Below are positions 9,970 through 19,904 of a stretch of 64,000 nt of DNA, one piece after another. Positions within the stretch are counted from its first letter, which is position 1, and each line of letters starts with the position of its first letter. This DNA is from an uncultured Bdellovibrionales bacterium (lineage in GTDB: Bacteria > Bdellovibrionota_C > UBA2361 > SZUA-149 > DAOLCO01): NCBI GenBank assembly GCA_964612555.1, contig CAZTBW010000005.1, forward strand, positions 69,066 to 133,065, read 5' to 3'. The notes beneath the pieces are model-generated. The model searched no databases. It was not told where the DNA came from and saw only the letters and a list, made by a program, of their open reading frames with translations. Position numbers and translations under genes: made by a program.

Positions 9970-10722
9970 CTAAAAGGAAGGAAGACTACGTACCATCACG
10001 TCTCTGCTTCCCCGAAACACCTCATACACGTCACCTGAAAGCAGCTCAAGACAGCTCAATTTATTACCAAATACCAGACCGGTATCAAGACCGATCTTAA
10101 AAGGGCGATTATCAAAAATCTCCCTATGGGGGGTATGTCCAAAGACTATTGTTTTACCAAATTCATGGGGAGCATCAAGAAAAGACTCTCTAATCCAGAA
10201 TAAATCCTCCCCTGTCTGACTACCAAGCCCAAGCTCAGGATTCATCCCTGCATGAACAAGATAATAATCCCTTACTGAAACGATACTCTCAAGAGAATTA
10301 AAGAAACTGAAATGCTCCTCCGGTAAAAGCCGCATCATTTCATTTGGTGGGGAGAAGACAGAGATGCCGTAACTTTGAATGGTTTCCAGACCTCCATTAT
10401 AGAGGAAGGCATGACCAAGATTTCCTCCAAAGCCTAAAAAATCCATGAGCATATCTTCATGGTTGCCCTTTAGGAAAATACTCGAAGGAAAATCAGATTT
10501 GAAGTCAACCAGAATATCAAGCACTCCTCTTGAATCAGGTCCTCTGTCAATGTAGTCACCGAGGAATACCACCAGGTCTTTTTGTGAAAGACTCTCTTTG
10601 TCACAAAGATAATTTAGAAGAAAAGCCAGTTCGGCAGAACAGCCATGAATATCGGCAATGACAAATATTCGCTCCCCATCCGCTTCGGTAATAGTGACCA
10701 TGAAAGGACCAGTGCTCCTCAA
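9970..10722 (-). CDS. PPP-family metallophosphoesterase (Ser/Thr phosphatase / ApaH-like)
   Basis: Motifs IADIHG, GDYIDRGPDS and GNHE are the canonical PPP phosphoesterase signatures. The start may be at M8 (10701). Confidence 0.75.
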   Translation of the reverse strand: MRSTGPFMVTITEADGERIFVIADIHGCSAELAFLLNYLCDKESLSQKDLVVFLGDYIDRGPDSRGVLDILVDFKSDFPSSIFLKGNHEDMLMDFLGFGGNLGHAFLYNGGLETIQSYGISVFSPPNEMMRLLPEEHFSFFNSLESIVSVRDYYLVHAGMNPELGLGSQTGEDLFWIRESFLDAPHEFGKTIVFGHTPHREIFDNRPFKIGLDTGLVFGNKLSCLELLSGDVYEVFRGSRDVMVRSLPSF

Positions 10723-10813
10723 AAAAATGGAATTACCCTATAGAACGGAAAAAAATATAAAAAGGTAAAGCAGTATATTAAAACACTAATTAAATATAGT
10801 ATTTATAAGGGAA

Positions 10814-10957
10814 CTATTTCTGAACTGCGGACTCAATAGATTTAAGGACTTCAAGACGCTGAGACACTATTTTTTTTACTCTCTTAGCCCTGTTTTTATC
10901 TCTTTTCAAAGCTTTACGAACACGAACAGCCTTTGTTATTTTAGTTGGTGAAGCCAT
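10814..10957 (-). CDS. small basic protein of 47 aa (ribosomal-protein-like, identity unresolved). It is absent from the ORF track because it is under 60 aa.
   Basis: Hand translation of the minus strand gives MASPTKITKAVRVRKALKRDKNRAKRVKKIVSQRLEVLKSIESAVQK*. It is highly Lys/Arg-rich and sits in an otherwise empty gap. Confidence 0.35.
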   Translation of the reverse strand: MASPTKITKAVRVRKALKRDKNRAKRVKKIVSQRLEVLKSIESAVQK

Positions 10958-11140
10958 ATCAGTACCATTAAAAAGTTAAAATTTTATCAAAATCTTTAAA
11001 TATCACAGCTTGTTGCACGGATAAACGGGAATAATCTCTAAAAACACAGTGCACAAGTGCCCGCGATACTACACATTTAGCAGTAAAATATCAAACATTG
11101 AGATTCACCCCCCCAATTATCCATTAGGGATTCATCAGGG

Positions 11141-12352
11141 CTAGCTGGACGCAAGCTCCTTAGCAATTTCATCAATAAACTCTTCTGTCTGCATTACTTT
11201 TGGTTTTTCCGTAGAAGTTACCAGAGCAAGATCTTTGGTCATTACCCCTTTCTCTACGAGACGGATTATTGTCTCTTCAAGCTTGTTCGTAAATGAAACA
11301 AGCGCATCAGTGGAATCAAGTTCTCCCCTTTTTCTCAGTGCCCCGGTCCATGCAAAAATAGAAGCAATTGGATTGGTAGAGGTCTTCTCTCCTTCAAGAT
11401 GCCTGTAATAATGTCTCCTGACGGTACCGTGCGCTGCTTCAAATTCATATTTACCATCCGGCGAAACAAGTACAGAAGTCATCAAACCAAGCGAACCGAA
11501 ACCGGCAGCAACCAGATCAGACATGACATCCCCGTCATAGTTCATAAGCGCAAGCAACATCCCCCCTTCCGCTTTCACAAGCTGGGCAACTGCATCGTCA
11601 ATCAAAAGATACCGGTATGAGATCCCCGCTTCTTCAAACTCGGCAGCATGTGCAGACACTACCTCCTGAAAAGCGTCCCTGAAACTCGCATGATATATTT
11701 TTGATATCGTATCCTTGGCACAAAACCAAAGATCAACTTTTTCAGAAATCGCATATGCCACACAGGATTTTGCAAATGATCTGATCGAGGAAGAAGTGTT
11801 ATGCATCCCCATTATAACGCCGGAACCATCAAATGCATGTACCAGCTTCTGGCTTACCTTTCCGGATTCGGAGGTAAATACAAGCTCAACCTTTCCCGGC
11901 TCATCGACAGACATCTCAACTGCTTTATAAATATCTCCATACGCGTGACGTGCAATGGTAATAGGCTTCCTCCATGATTTTACCGCAGGAGGAATATTTG
12001 AGATCATAATAGGCTTACGAACAACGGTACCATCAAGCACACTTCTTATAGTGGCATTTGGACTAAGCCATGCCTTCTTTAATGAATATTCACTTACCCG
12101 ATCAGCATCAGGAGTGATCGTTGCACACTTAACTCCAACCCCATACTCTTTTATTGCAAGCGCTGCTTCAATGGTCACATTGTCATTGGTATCATCCCGA
12201 TGCTTCACATGAAGGTCGTAGTAGAGTAACTCAATATCCAGATATGGCTTTATCAACTTCTCCTTTATCATCGCCCAGATAACTCTGGTCATTTCATCAC
12301 CATCCATTTCCACAAGTGGAGAAGCTACTTTGATCTTGCTCATAACGAACAC
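11141..12352 (-). CDS. icd: NADP-dependent isocitrate dehydrogenase (eukaryote-like, about 400 aa)
   Basis: [31 protein letters not shown]...[20 protein letters not shown] matches the homodimeric NADP-IDH family over its whole length. Confidence 0.85.
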   Translation of the reverse strand: MFVMSKIKVASPLVEMDGDEMTRVIWAMIKEKLIKPYLDIELLYYDLHVKHRDDTNDNVTIEAALAIKEYGVGVKCATITPDADRVSEYSLKKAWLSPNATIRSVLDGTVVRKPIMISNIPPAVKSWRKPITIARHAYGDIYKAVEMSVDEPGKVELVFTSESGKVSQKLVHAFDGSGVIMGMHNTSSSIRSFAKSCVAYAISEKVDLWFCAKDTISKIYHASFRDAFQEVVSAHAAEFEEAGISYRYLLIDDAVAQLVKAEGGMLLALMNYDGDVMSDLVAAGFGSLGLMTSVLVSPDGKYEFEAAHGTVRRHYYRHLEGEKTSTNPIASIFAWTGALRKRGELDSTDALVSFTNKLEETIIRLVEKGVMTKDLALVTSTEKPKVMQTEEFIDEIAKELASS

Positions 12353-12507
12353 ACCTCTTGGCTTAATTAATTAAGATAACACCAGAAGAGAGGTCTATCG
12401 TAAAAAAATCAGAAAAGAAACGTAATTTTTACTGAATGATCATTCTAATATATATAATCCAATGGTATAGATTGACACATTATTCTCACAATAAAGAATT
12501 TATATAG

Positions 12508-13170
12508 ATGAATTCATTAACAATAAACCTTCTGGTAAGTATCCCTCCCTTAATGGTGGCTATAATTTTACATGAAATTGCTCATGGGTACTGCGCCTGG
12601 AAACTGGGTGACCCTACGGCACGCGTCATGGGAAGGATTACCCTGAACCCTATAAAACATATTGACCCCGTACTGAGCCTGCTACTCCCCGCCCTTCTTA
12701 TTTTCAGCGGCTCTCCGGTAATTTTTGGTGGAGCAAAGCCCGTACCTGTAAACCCCATGTATTTCAAGAACCCCAGAAAGGGCATGGCAATTGTTGCGCT
12801 AGCGGGACCGGTAACAAATTTCATCCTCGTAATCATATGTTATGTATTATTTCTTGAACTTGTCCCTTACGGAAATAACTCCATAAGCATCAGTCTGATA
12901 AAAATGTGGCTCCTTGGAGGAATCATAATAAACCTTGCGCTTGGACTATTTAACCTTATACCTCTTCCTCCTCTTGATGGTGGCAGAATTGCCGTAGGCT
13001 TTCTCCCCATCCCCATTGCCCGGGCATGGTCTCGACTGGAACCATTCGGACTGCTTCTTTTGTTTGGTTTATTATACCTCGGAATCCCCCAACAAATTCT
13101 CAGCCCTGCGATCGAATTCGTAGCCGAGCACCTGGATTCCCAGATTCAGGCGATGAATTTTGAAGATTAG
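12508..13170 (+). CDS. site-2 protease family (M50) membrane metalloprotease
   Basis: HEIAHGY (HExxH) in the first TM helix, a polytopic membrane protein, and size and motif placement typical of small M50B proteins. Confidence 0.65.
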   Translation: MNSLTINLLVSIPPLMVAIILHEIAHGYCAWKLGDPTARVMGRITLNPIKHIDPVLSLLLPALLIFSGSPVIFGGAKPVPVNPMYFKNPRKGMAIVALAGPVTNFILVIICYVLFLELVPYGNNSISISLIKMWLLGGIIINLALGLFNLIPLPPLDGGRIAVGFLPIPIARAWSRLEPFGLLLLFGLLYLGIPQQILSPAIEFVAEHLDSQIQAMNFED

Positions 13171-13179
13171 GCTAAAATC

Positions 13180-14772
13180 CTAAGAAAGCTGAGCACTCAA
13201 ATTAACCCTATAGGATATTGCCTCTGCAATATGTGAAGATTGAATACAATCCGACTCTTCAATATCTGCTATGGTTCGTGCAAGTTTAAGAATTCTGGTA
13301 TATGCCCGCGCACTGAGTGAAAATTTATGGCTTGCAACATCCAGAAGATTTTCACTTGCAGTATCAAGCCTGCAATACGCCCTTACCTCTTCACCATTCA
13401 TCCCTGAATTCAACTTTAAGCGATTATTAAATCGCCCGGACTGAAATTGTCTTGCGCGAAGCACTCCATCTGCCAGTGTTTTGGTAACATCTTCCGGTAA
13501 GCCTTCCCTCAATTCTTTAAATGGAACCTGGGGAATCCAGAGCTGAATATCAAGTCGATCAAGTATAGGTCCCGAGATTTTTTTAAAATATTTTTGCACA
13601 GAGTGAGGAGAACACTCACACAGAGTCTTATATGAACTATACTTTTTCTTATCCTCGGAATACACCCCACGCTGACCACAGGGACAGGGGTTCATTGCAG
13701 CTATCAGCATGAAATCACATGGGTAGGTAAGACGCATTTTTGCTCGTGAAATTGAAATGCGTTTTGATTCCAGAGGTTCACGCAAGGACTCCAGAACATC
13801 TCTTCTCAACTCGGTAAATTCATCAAGGAAGAGAACTCCCTTATGAGAAAGCGTAATCTCTCCCGGTACGGGAACTCCCCCTCCTCCAATCAAGCCTGCA
13901 AGACTTGTAGAATGATGAGGAGACCTGAACGGTCTTTTATATAGAACTCCATTTGTTTTTACTTCAGATACCCCTTGCCCCTTTATGGCAGAATATATTT
14001 GATTCACTTCAAGAAATTCGTCATTTTCCAGAGGTGGTAAAATGCTGATAACCCGTTCTGCAAGCATGGTCTTTCCCCCTCCCGGAGGACCAACCATGAG
14101 CATATTATGTCCACCCGCAGCAGCAATCTGGAGCGCACGTTTTGCCGCATGTTGACCAACTACATCTCTAAAAGTGGGTGGTTCGGCTTTATCCGTGACA
14201 GCCCCATTGTAAACCACCTGTGTTTCAATTTTTTCTACCAGAGAAAGCTCCCGAAGTGTCCCATCCTTCAGCCGACTCACCAGCTCAAGGAATGAATGTG
14301 CATATACAATGGAAAGTCCTTCAAAATTCTCAAGCAGACTTCTTGCCGATGAGGATACAACCAAAATTTTTTTCTTTCTCGATTTTTTAACTAAAATCGC
14401 ACTGGCAAGTTCTGCTCCCACTTCTTTCAGGCTACCATCTAATGCCAGTTCCCCAACAAATACAAAGTCTTTAAGTAAGGTATGATCAATACCTCCTGCT
14501 GCGGCAAGTACACTCAGTGCAATTGCCACATCAAAGCCGCTTCCGATTTTGGGAAGTGCCGCCGGTGCAAGACTTACCACCACTTCGCTCACCGGAAATT
14601 GAAATCCACTGTTTTCGATCGCACATCGTACGCGATCTTTTGCTTCACGCACGACTCCATCAGGAAGCCCTACGATGCTGAATCTTCGAAGCCCCGGCAT
14701 AACCTCTGTTTCCACATCTATGGGAACCGCCTCAATTCCAAAGAGCGTAGTTGATATAGTTTTGACTGCCAT
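13180..14772 (-). CDS. YifB/ComM-family Mg-chelatase-like AAA+ ATPase
   Basis: N-terminal Lon-like domain (MAVKTISTTLFGIEAVPIDVE), Walker A GPPGGGKTMLA, and C-terminal ...AYTRILKLARTIADIE, typical of YifB/ComM. Confidence 0.85.
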   Translation of the reverse strand: MAVKTISTTLFGIEAVPIDVETEVMPGLRRFSIVGLPDGVVREAKDRVRCAIENSGFQFPVSEVVVSLAPAALPKIGSGFDVAIALSVLAAAGGIDHTLLKDFVFVGELALDGSLKEVGAELASAILVKKSRKKKILVVSSSARSLLENFEGLSIVYAHSFLELVSRLKDGTLRELSLVEKIETQVVYNGAVTDKAEPPTFRDVVGQHAAKRALQIAAAGGHNMLMVGPPGGGKTMLAERVISILPPLENDEFLEVNQIYSAIKGQGVSEVKTNGVLYKRPFRSPHHSTSLAGLIGGGGVPVPGEITLSHKGVLFLDEFTELRRDVLESLREPLESKRISISRAKMRLTYPCDFMLIAAMNPCPCGQRGVYSEDKKKYSSYKTLCECSPHSVQKYFKKISGPILDRLDIQLWIPQVPFKELREGLPEDVTKTLADGVLRARQFQSGRFNNRLKLNSGMNGEEVRAYCRLDTASENLLDVASHKFSLSARAYTRILKLARTIADIEESDCIQSSHIAEAISYRVNLSAQLS

Positions 14773-14979
14773 CTATTTTCCCCGACTAATTTGACTCTCC
14801 TGTCATATTCGTATTTTTTTCAAAACTTTCTCATCCGGGAGTTATAAAGATGGCACGATTCTTCCTGATACATAACTATCCGGAAGGACTATGAAAGGTG
14901 TTCATTAAATAAAATCAGCACCTTAAAGGTTTAATTACGGACTTTTTTATTAAGTAAGAGGAAAAACTTTCCCAACTGT

Positions 14980-15714
14980 ATGGCAAATGCTTCTCAATTA
15001 CTGATTGAAGATATATGGCAATCCGTTGCTCTTGAAGAACGGCTTGAGCTGATTTCCCGGTGTCAGGCATCAGGCTTCATAGCAGCTCTTGTTAATCTCT
15101 GCGTTGTGGGTAGCATCGCCTATGGTTTTGATAAAATTATGCTTCTTGGGGTTGCAGTAGCAGGAAGTTTTTTTGTTTTCCCACTTTTCAGCAGCTACAC
15201 ATGGCGCAATGGTAAACCTTCTATTATTCTTGCCTATCTTGCAGTCAGAACAATTGCAAGGAGATATGCCTATTCATTTGATTTCAGCAGCCTTGATATT
15301 CTGCTGATCTATAGAGGCTATGCAAAGCAGATCTTTGACTCGAAAGAAGACGAGGAAGTGTATCTTCAAAAACAAAAAGTTGATATGGATTTCAAAGGTA
15401 ACGCCTGCAAACCTGTCTGGATTATACTAATGAGGGGTGGACTTGTAGTACTTTCTGAAAAGAAAGGCGGGGCGAAACTTGAATTCATAACTCCATTTAC
15501 CCATGAAAATACTATAGTTGATGCCAAAGAAGATGTGGAAGCCTATGAAAAAGGCTGCATTGTAGATGGCACAGTGCAAAGCAAAGGTAAAAAATTTCTC
15601 ATTAAAAGCAAATATAAGGCAGCTCAGTACGTTCTTGAAAAACAGCACGTGGCACTAGTTGAAGAGCTGGTAAAGGCGCAGGAAAGCCTCGAAAAACTTC
15701 GTCAAAAAGGCTAA
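14980..15714 (+). CDS. hypothetical membrane protein
   Basis: Two or three predicted TM helices at the N terminus followed by a Lys/Glu-rich C-terminal domain. No recognisable family. Confidence 0.45.
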   Translation: MANASQLLIEDIWQSVALEERLELISRCQASGFIAALVNLCVVGSIAYGFDKIMLLGVAVAGSFFVFPLFSSYTWRNGKPSIILAYLAVRTIARRYAYSFDFSSLDILLIYRGYAKQIFDSKEDEEVYLQKQKVDMDFKGNACKPVWIILMRGGLVVLSEKKGGAKLEFITPFTHENTIVDAKEDVEAYEKGCIVDGTVQSKGKKFLIKSKYKAAQYVLEKQHVALVEELVKAQESLEKLRQKG

Positions 15715-15835
15715 ATTCGGGTCATAAACCCCTAGGGTGAAACAATAGTGCTATTTCAAATTGCAATAATCTGCTCTGTTTTGTATTCATAACACTCGTT
15801 ATTTTACTTATTTTTTACTGCTGCAATACAGACTA

Positions 15836-17095
15836 ATGAATCAATCATTTAAACTAAAACTCCTGCTTCTGGCACTGATACTTTTTAATTCCCCTACCCC
15901 TGCACTTGCAGAAAAGTTACTGAAATCCATACCCTTTGATGGCTATGAGATGATCATTTCCGAGATAGACGAGAACACTCTTAAAGTGAATCTTGTATTT
16001 GAGAAAGCTCCCACTGAAGTAACAGGATTTATCGTAGAAAATCCAAATCGGATAGTAATAGATATTTTCGGCATGCCGTCCCGTACTGCGCGAGGTACTA
16101 ATATTGATTCCAACAAACTAAGAAAAGTAAGAGTCGGGATACATCAGGACAAAACAAGAATAGTACTTGATTCTCCGGTAAAGTCTCCGCTTGAAATAAG
16201 CCAATCAGGAAACATATCATCCCCTGTTTTTCTAATTACTTTCCCGGGAGCTTATTTTGAAGCAGAGACCCCTGTTTTGACACCGGCTCCATCTGAAACT
16301 CCGACACCTGCACCAAGTCCCGAACCAACTCTAGCCCCTACAGAGGAACCTACTCGTGAACCCACCCGTGAACCCACTCTGGCACCAACAGCAACTCCTA
16401 CTCCCGAACCAACGCCAAGTCCCACTCCTTCACCTACTCCCGAATCTACCCCGGCACCGACTCCAAGCCCCAGCCCGACACCTGCTCCGGCAACACCTTC
16501 CCCAACCCCGGAACCAACTCCTGAACCAACAAAGGCTCCAAGCCCCTCACCAACTCCTTCACCTGTCGCAACTGCCACCCCGCTGGTAACTCCACCAGCA
16601 ACTGAACCGCCAGACACAAAAAAACCAGACACCAAAAAAGAAGTTGAGCTGCAAAAAACAGCAGCTCCTGAATTAAGCCCGGAAGTCCCCAAAGAATCGC
16701 TCAGCATCACCGAAATTGAAGAATCAATCAAAGAGATAGAAACAAAGGATAAGGATGTGGAGGTCGACAGCGATGGTAACGCAATTGTTAAAACGATAGT
16801 CTTTCAAACTACATCAGATAACTTTATAAGTTCAATTGTAATATCTGCCACTTCTCTTGGTGCATACACAATGAACAAGATTGCCCCTGGAGAATACGAA
16901 CTTTCACTTACCCGATCCCGATTAAAAGGTCCTCATCTTGAGTTACCTCAATTTCCCCCGGATTCCTTTAAGGGCTTTACCTATGTACGCGCATCTGAAA
17001 AGGATGATGCCGTTTTCATCCATATATATGTCGATGAGGGAGTCCGTCTTACACCATACATAGCCCAGGATAAACTTTGGGTTAAAGCGGAATAA
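15836..17095 (+). CDS. secreted AMIN-domain protein with a long Pro/Thr/Glu-rich linker
   Basis: Signal peptide ([25 protein letters not shown]). An AMIN-like block ([13 protein letters not shown]...[20 protein letters not shown]). An ~130-aa PTPEPTPSP low-complexity linker. Then a C-terminal globular domain. Confidence 0.6.
   Translation: MNQSFKLKLLLLALILFNSPTPALAEKLLKSIPFDGYEMIISEIDENTLKVNLVFEKAPTEVTGFIVENPNRIVIDIFGMPSRTARGTNIDSNKLRKVRVGIHQDKTRIVLDSPVKSPLEISQSGNISSPVFLITFPGAYFEAETPVLTPAPSETPTPAPSPEPTLAPTEEPTREPTREPTLAPTATPTPEPTPSPTPSPTPESTPAPTPSPSPTPAPATPSPTPEPTPEPTKAPSPSPTPSPVATATPLVTPPATEPPDTKKPDTKKEVELQKTAAPELSPEVPKESLSITEIEESIKEIETKDKDVEVDSDGNAIVKTIVFQTTSDNFISSIVISATSLGAYTMNKIAPGEYELSLTRSRLKGPHLELPQFPPDSFKGFTYVRASEKDDAVFIHIYVDEGVRLTPYIAQDKLWVKAE
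16270..16640 (+). repeat. coding low-complexity Pro/Thr repeat region with short tandem DNA repeats (for example ACTCGTGAACCC / ACCCGTGAACCC at 16352-16375)
   Basis: Directly visible reiteration of CC(N)AC(N)CC codon triplets. It also generates spurious antisense and alternate-frame ORFs (16252-16731 minus, 16356-16589 plus). Confidence 0.7.
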
Positions 17096-17159
17096 ACTGA
17101 GATGAGCCCCCTGGATTCACTCACCTCACAGTTTTTTACTCTCAGTTCATAACGTAAGT

Positions 17160-17609
17160 ATGGGTTTTTTATATAAAAAACATAGCGCAATTCCTTCCGG
17201 ACTATGGTGCACGCTGCTAACGGCTGCTGTTTATCAATGTTTCTTTCTTACATCCACTCTACATGCAGCTCCTGTCTTTATCTTTAATGACCTGGAAACT
17301 GAATCTGAAGGAAAGGTTCTTGAGATTGACACTGTTGAGACTACACTGACAAAGAAAAGCAGATTTAAACTGAAAATCTATCCGGGTGAAACAGTACAGG
17401 TCGGCAGAGGGTCGGTACTTTCCTTTACTCTTTCAAGAGTATATCCGTCCCATAAAGTAAAATACGAGGTAAGCTGTCCAGACAGCCCAAAAGAAGTACG
17501 CATGACTATTCTGGAAATCCACAACAACAATATCAAAGGACCCTGCCACCTGAGCCGCTCCGGACACTGGTCAAAAAGAACGGGGACGCACTGGAATGAA
17601 GTTAAATAG
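17160..17609 (+). CDS. hypothetical small secreted protein
   Basis: A hydrophobic N-terminal segment (LWCTLLTAAVYQCFFLTSTLHAAP) is consistent with a signal peptide. It occupies a gap between convergent genes and conflicts with minus ORF 17378-17854, which I consider spurious. Confidence 0.35.
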   Translation: MGFLYKKHSAIPSGLWCTLLTAAVYQCFFLTSTLHAAPVFIFNDLETESEGKVLEIDTVETTLTKKSRFKLKIYPGETVQVGRGSVLSFTLSRVYPSHKVKYEVSCPDSPKEVRMTILEIHNNNIKGPCHLSRSGHWSKRTGTHWNEVK

Positions 17610-17675
17610 GGTAGTCGTAGAAAGGACGAGAGAGGTCTGGCATTAACCTTCTCGTCCATTCCGTCCGCATGAAAC

Positions 17676-18737
17676 TTATAAAATAGACTGGATTTTGCAC
17701 TCGAAGTTTCCATCGGTTGCCTGATGGAAAGAACTAAGAAGGGTTTTAACGTCGAAACCCCTGCTCTCCAGCCACATCTTAAGCAAAGGAAACCCTTCCT
17801 GAACGATAACTTTATTACCGTTAGCAAGCACTGGTGCCCCCCAGGTTTCCTCATATGGAACCCGGAGACTGGCGAAAGTCCCTTTTTTCACCTTAAAGCA
17901 TTCGTGAAGATCGGAAACAAGTTTTTGTGGATTTACAAGCCATCTATTGTGGGTAATCCACACCTTCTCTCCTGGACCTGCCTGGATAATCTCCATAGCT
18001 GTCCCAAGATGAAGGCAAGTCGTCTGAGCCACGACCGTTCCAATGAAAGCATCACCATAGATTTCTTTCATAACGGAAGTAAAAGCCTTTCTACCTTCAC
18101 TGTTAGTGCGAACTTCTAATCCTTTAGGTTCAGAGTTTCTGTTGCGTTTTCCCAGGATTACAGCAACCTTGCCGCCAATCTCTACCTGAATCACATCTCC
18201 ACCTTCAAGTTTCGCGCCTACGGGAGAACGAAATACTTTTTTGGCTCGAGGTTTCAGTATCTCCAACAGAGAACCAGGCTCAGAGCGTCTGGTTTTCGCC
18301 CCCATATAAGGAACGAAAAGATTACCGTTAACGACTCTGCCACTATCGCACACGTAGTACGAATCAGGAGGAGCATTCTCAGGCAGAGGAATTTCCTCTA
18401 CAGGAAAGCCAAGATGTCCTTCCACGAGTTCCTTAAAGTTTTGATGCTCAGTTTTGAGCCCTTCAACAAACCCTTCAGGACCAAATTCGGAAAGTAACTG
18501 CTCCTTGTTTTCCGCATTATGAAACGAAATACCCAAGTGGGCGTTAGCGCCAGGTGCAACAAGCATCACACCGTCTTCAAACCCCCTTTTCAAAAGTAAC
18601 TCTCCTTTTTTTGGCAAGACTCGTGGTTTAACCTTCTTTTTCCTTTTTTTAACTACAGAACGTCCTGTATCTGCTTCTTTTTTCTTAACTACCATCGCCA
18701 TGGATTGATACTCCCTCTCCATTGCAATTAAGTACAA
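17676..18737 (-). CDS. amidinotransferase-superfamily protein (DDAH / arginine-deiminase-like) with a basic N-terminal extension
   Basis: A C-terminal TDGNFECKIQSIL (Gly-x-x-Cys nucleophile position) and an internal HLGT block resemble the guanidino-group-modifying enzyme fold. The N terminus is Lys-rich (VVKKRKKKVKPRVLPKK). Confidence 0.4.
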   Translation of the reverse strand: MYLIAMEREYQSMAMVVKKKEADTGRSVVKKRKKKVKPRVLPKKGELLLKRGFEDGVMLVAPGANAHLGISFHNAENKEQLLSEFGPEGFVEGLKTEHQNFKELVEGHLGFPVEEIPLPENAPPDSYYVCDSGRVVNGNLFVPYMGAKTRRSEPGSLLEILKPRAKKVFRSPVGAKLEGGDVIQVEIGGKVAVILGKRNRNSEPKGLEVRTNSEGRKAFTSVMKEIYGDAFIGTVVAQTTCLHLGTAMEIIQAGPGEKVWITHNRWLVNPQKLVSDLHECFKVKKGTFASLRVPYEETWGAPVLANGNKVIVQEGFPLLKMWLESRGFDVKTLLSSFHQATDGNFECKIQSIL

Positions 18738-19055
18738 ATAACAATGTCCTAGCTAAACTTAAGTACTATCAGTTCAAGCGTAGTAAGGGTTCCTTTACCC
18801 TCTGGTGACCTGAATAGTTCCAAGCCACAAAATAGTGGCGTTAAAAAATCATCAGACCCTCAAAGGATAAAGAAATCCCCAAAACCTTCTGCCAGACCTG
18901 TCTCGATAAGATGAATTTACATATTCGATGAACAGGTTTTATACCCGTATTTGAATGTACCGTTTATCATCATTGCATTTTTGGTGATTGTAAATGCGAT
19001 AAATACTCCCTAAGTTAGCTGCACAACTGTAGAGAGCACGAATGTCCAATATCGG

Positions 19056-19904
19056 TCAAAAATGTGCTCTATACCCCTTATAACCTTCTTTGAAGGACGG
19101 ATAGAGGAATGAAAAGCCTGAATTCAGAACTTTGAGGTTACTAACCCCCTTCCCTCCGGGAGAGCTCTCAGACCGGATATCCAGAGCACCAAGACCATTC
19201 ATCTGACGAATGAAGTTTATAACCTCAAGCCTCGGCACCGGACAGGAATCACTGATATTAAAAATCCCTTCGGAATTTGGCATTAAAAATAAACACGCGC
19301 GAGCTCCATCATGGACATGGATTCTGTTTGTAAGACTATCCCGTAGCGGCACTTCAGCCTGAGTCATCGAACATGCAAGATCATAAAGAGAGCGTCTCTT
19401 CAAACCATAAATACCGGAAAACCGTAAAATCAGAAATCTCTCAAGAAAGTCACTCTCACTAAAACAAGCCTGAAGAATTTCCTCCCCTTCTCTGATTATG
19501 TAAGACCGAAAACTTTCTCCACCAAGAGGAGAATCTTCAGTAACAAGACCCCCATCATCTTCAGAATAAACTCCCGTACTGGATATAAAAGTAAAATTTT
19601 TGAGAGGACGCGCCCCTTTCCTCGACCGAAAATAATTCAGTATATTTGAAAGTCCATTCACATAGACCTCTCTGTATGCGGCTTCAGAAGACTCCCCCGC
19701 CGATACAGAATACACTACATGAGTAATATCTGATGGAATATGCGAAAAAGAACCCGGGTCAAGAACATCAAGATAAATCATTGATTGATTGCCGACTTCT
19801 GATGAAACTTTCCTGCTGCTGCCCAGAACCTGAACACCCGCAGCATCCGCAAGTTTCATAATTTCTCCACCTAAATAACCTGCTCCTGTAACCAGAAGCT
19901 TCAT
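19056..19904 (-). CDS. NAD-dependent epimerase/dehydratase (SDR) family protein
   Basis: N-terminal Rossmann motif MKLLVTGAGYLGGEI. The start overlaps the stop of the upstream ABC exporter (ATGA), indicating translational coupling. Confidence 0.7.
   Translation of the reverse strand: MKLLVTGAGYLGGEIMKLADAAGVQVLGSSRKVSSEVGNQSMIYLDVLDPGSFSHIPSDITHVVYSVSAGESSEAAYREVYVNGLSNILNYFRSRKGARPLKNFTFISSTGVYSEDDGGLVTEDSPLGGESFRSYIIREGEEILQACFSESDFLERFLILRFSGIYGLKRRSLYDLACSMTQAEVPLRDSLTNRIHVHDGARACLFLMPNSEGIFNISDSCPVPRLEVINFIRQMNGLGALDIRSESSPGGKGVSNLKVLNSGFSFLYPSFKEGYKGYRAHF

Noticed and set aside
9739-10100. Two small ORFs (60 aa minus, 81 aa plus) in the gap between the hydrolase and phosphatase genes
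   Set aside because: They overlap each other on opposite strands with no RBS or domain signal. This is likely non-coding spacer.
10723-11140. ORF-free gaps (10723-11140, 38179-38341, 47180-47584, 51599-51850, 60340-60540) scanned for tRNA/ncRNA signatures
   Set aside because: There is no GTTCGAAT-type T-arm with a matching acceptor stem, no CCA-ending cloverleaf and no rRNA-like conservation. Only the small basic protein gene and local hairpins were found.
16252-16731. 159-aa Gly/Val/Ser-rich minus-strand ORF and 77-aa Pro/Leu/Gln-rich plus-strand ORF (16356-16589)
   Set aside because: Both are mirror or alternate-frame readings of the CCN/ACN-repeat DNA that encodes the Pro/Thr linker of the AMIN protein. 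The repeat structure generates them automatically.
17378-17854. 158-aa minus-strand ORF overlapping both the 17160-17609 ORF and the 3' end of the amidinotransferase-like gene
   Set aside because: It overlaps a confident gene's coding 3' end on the same strand in another frame and has no independent support. I considered it spurious but cannot exclude it over the 17160-17609 alternative.
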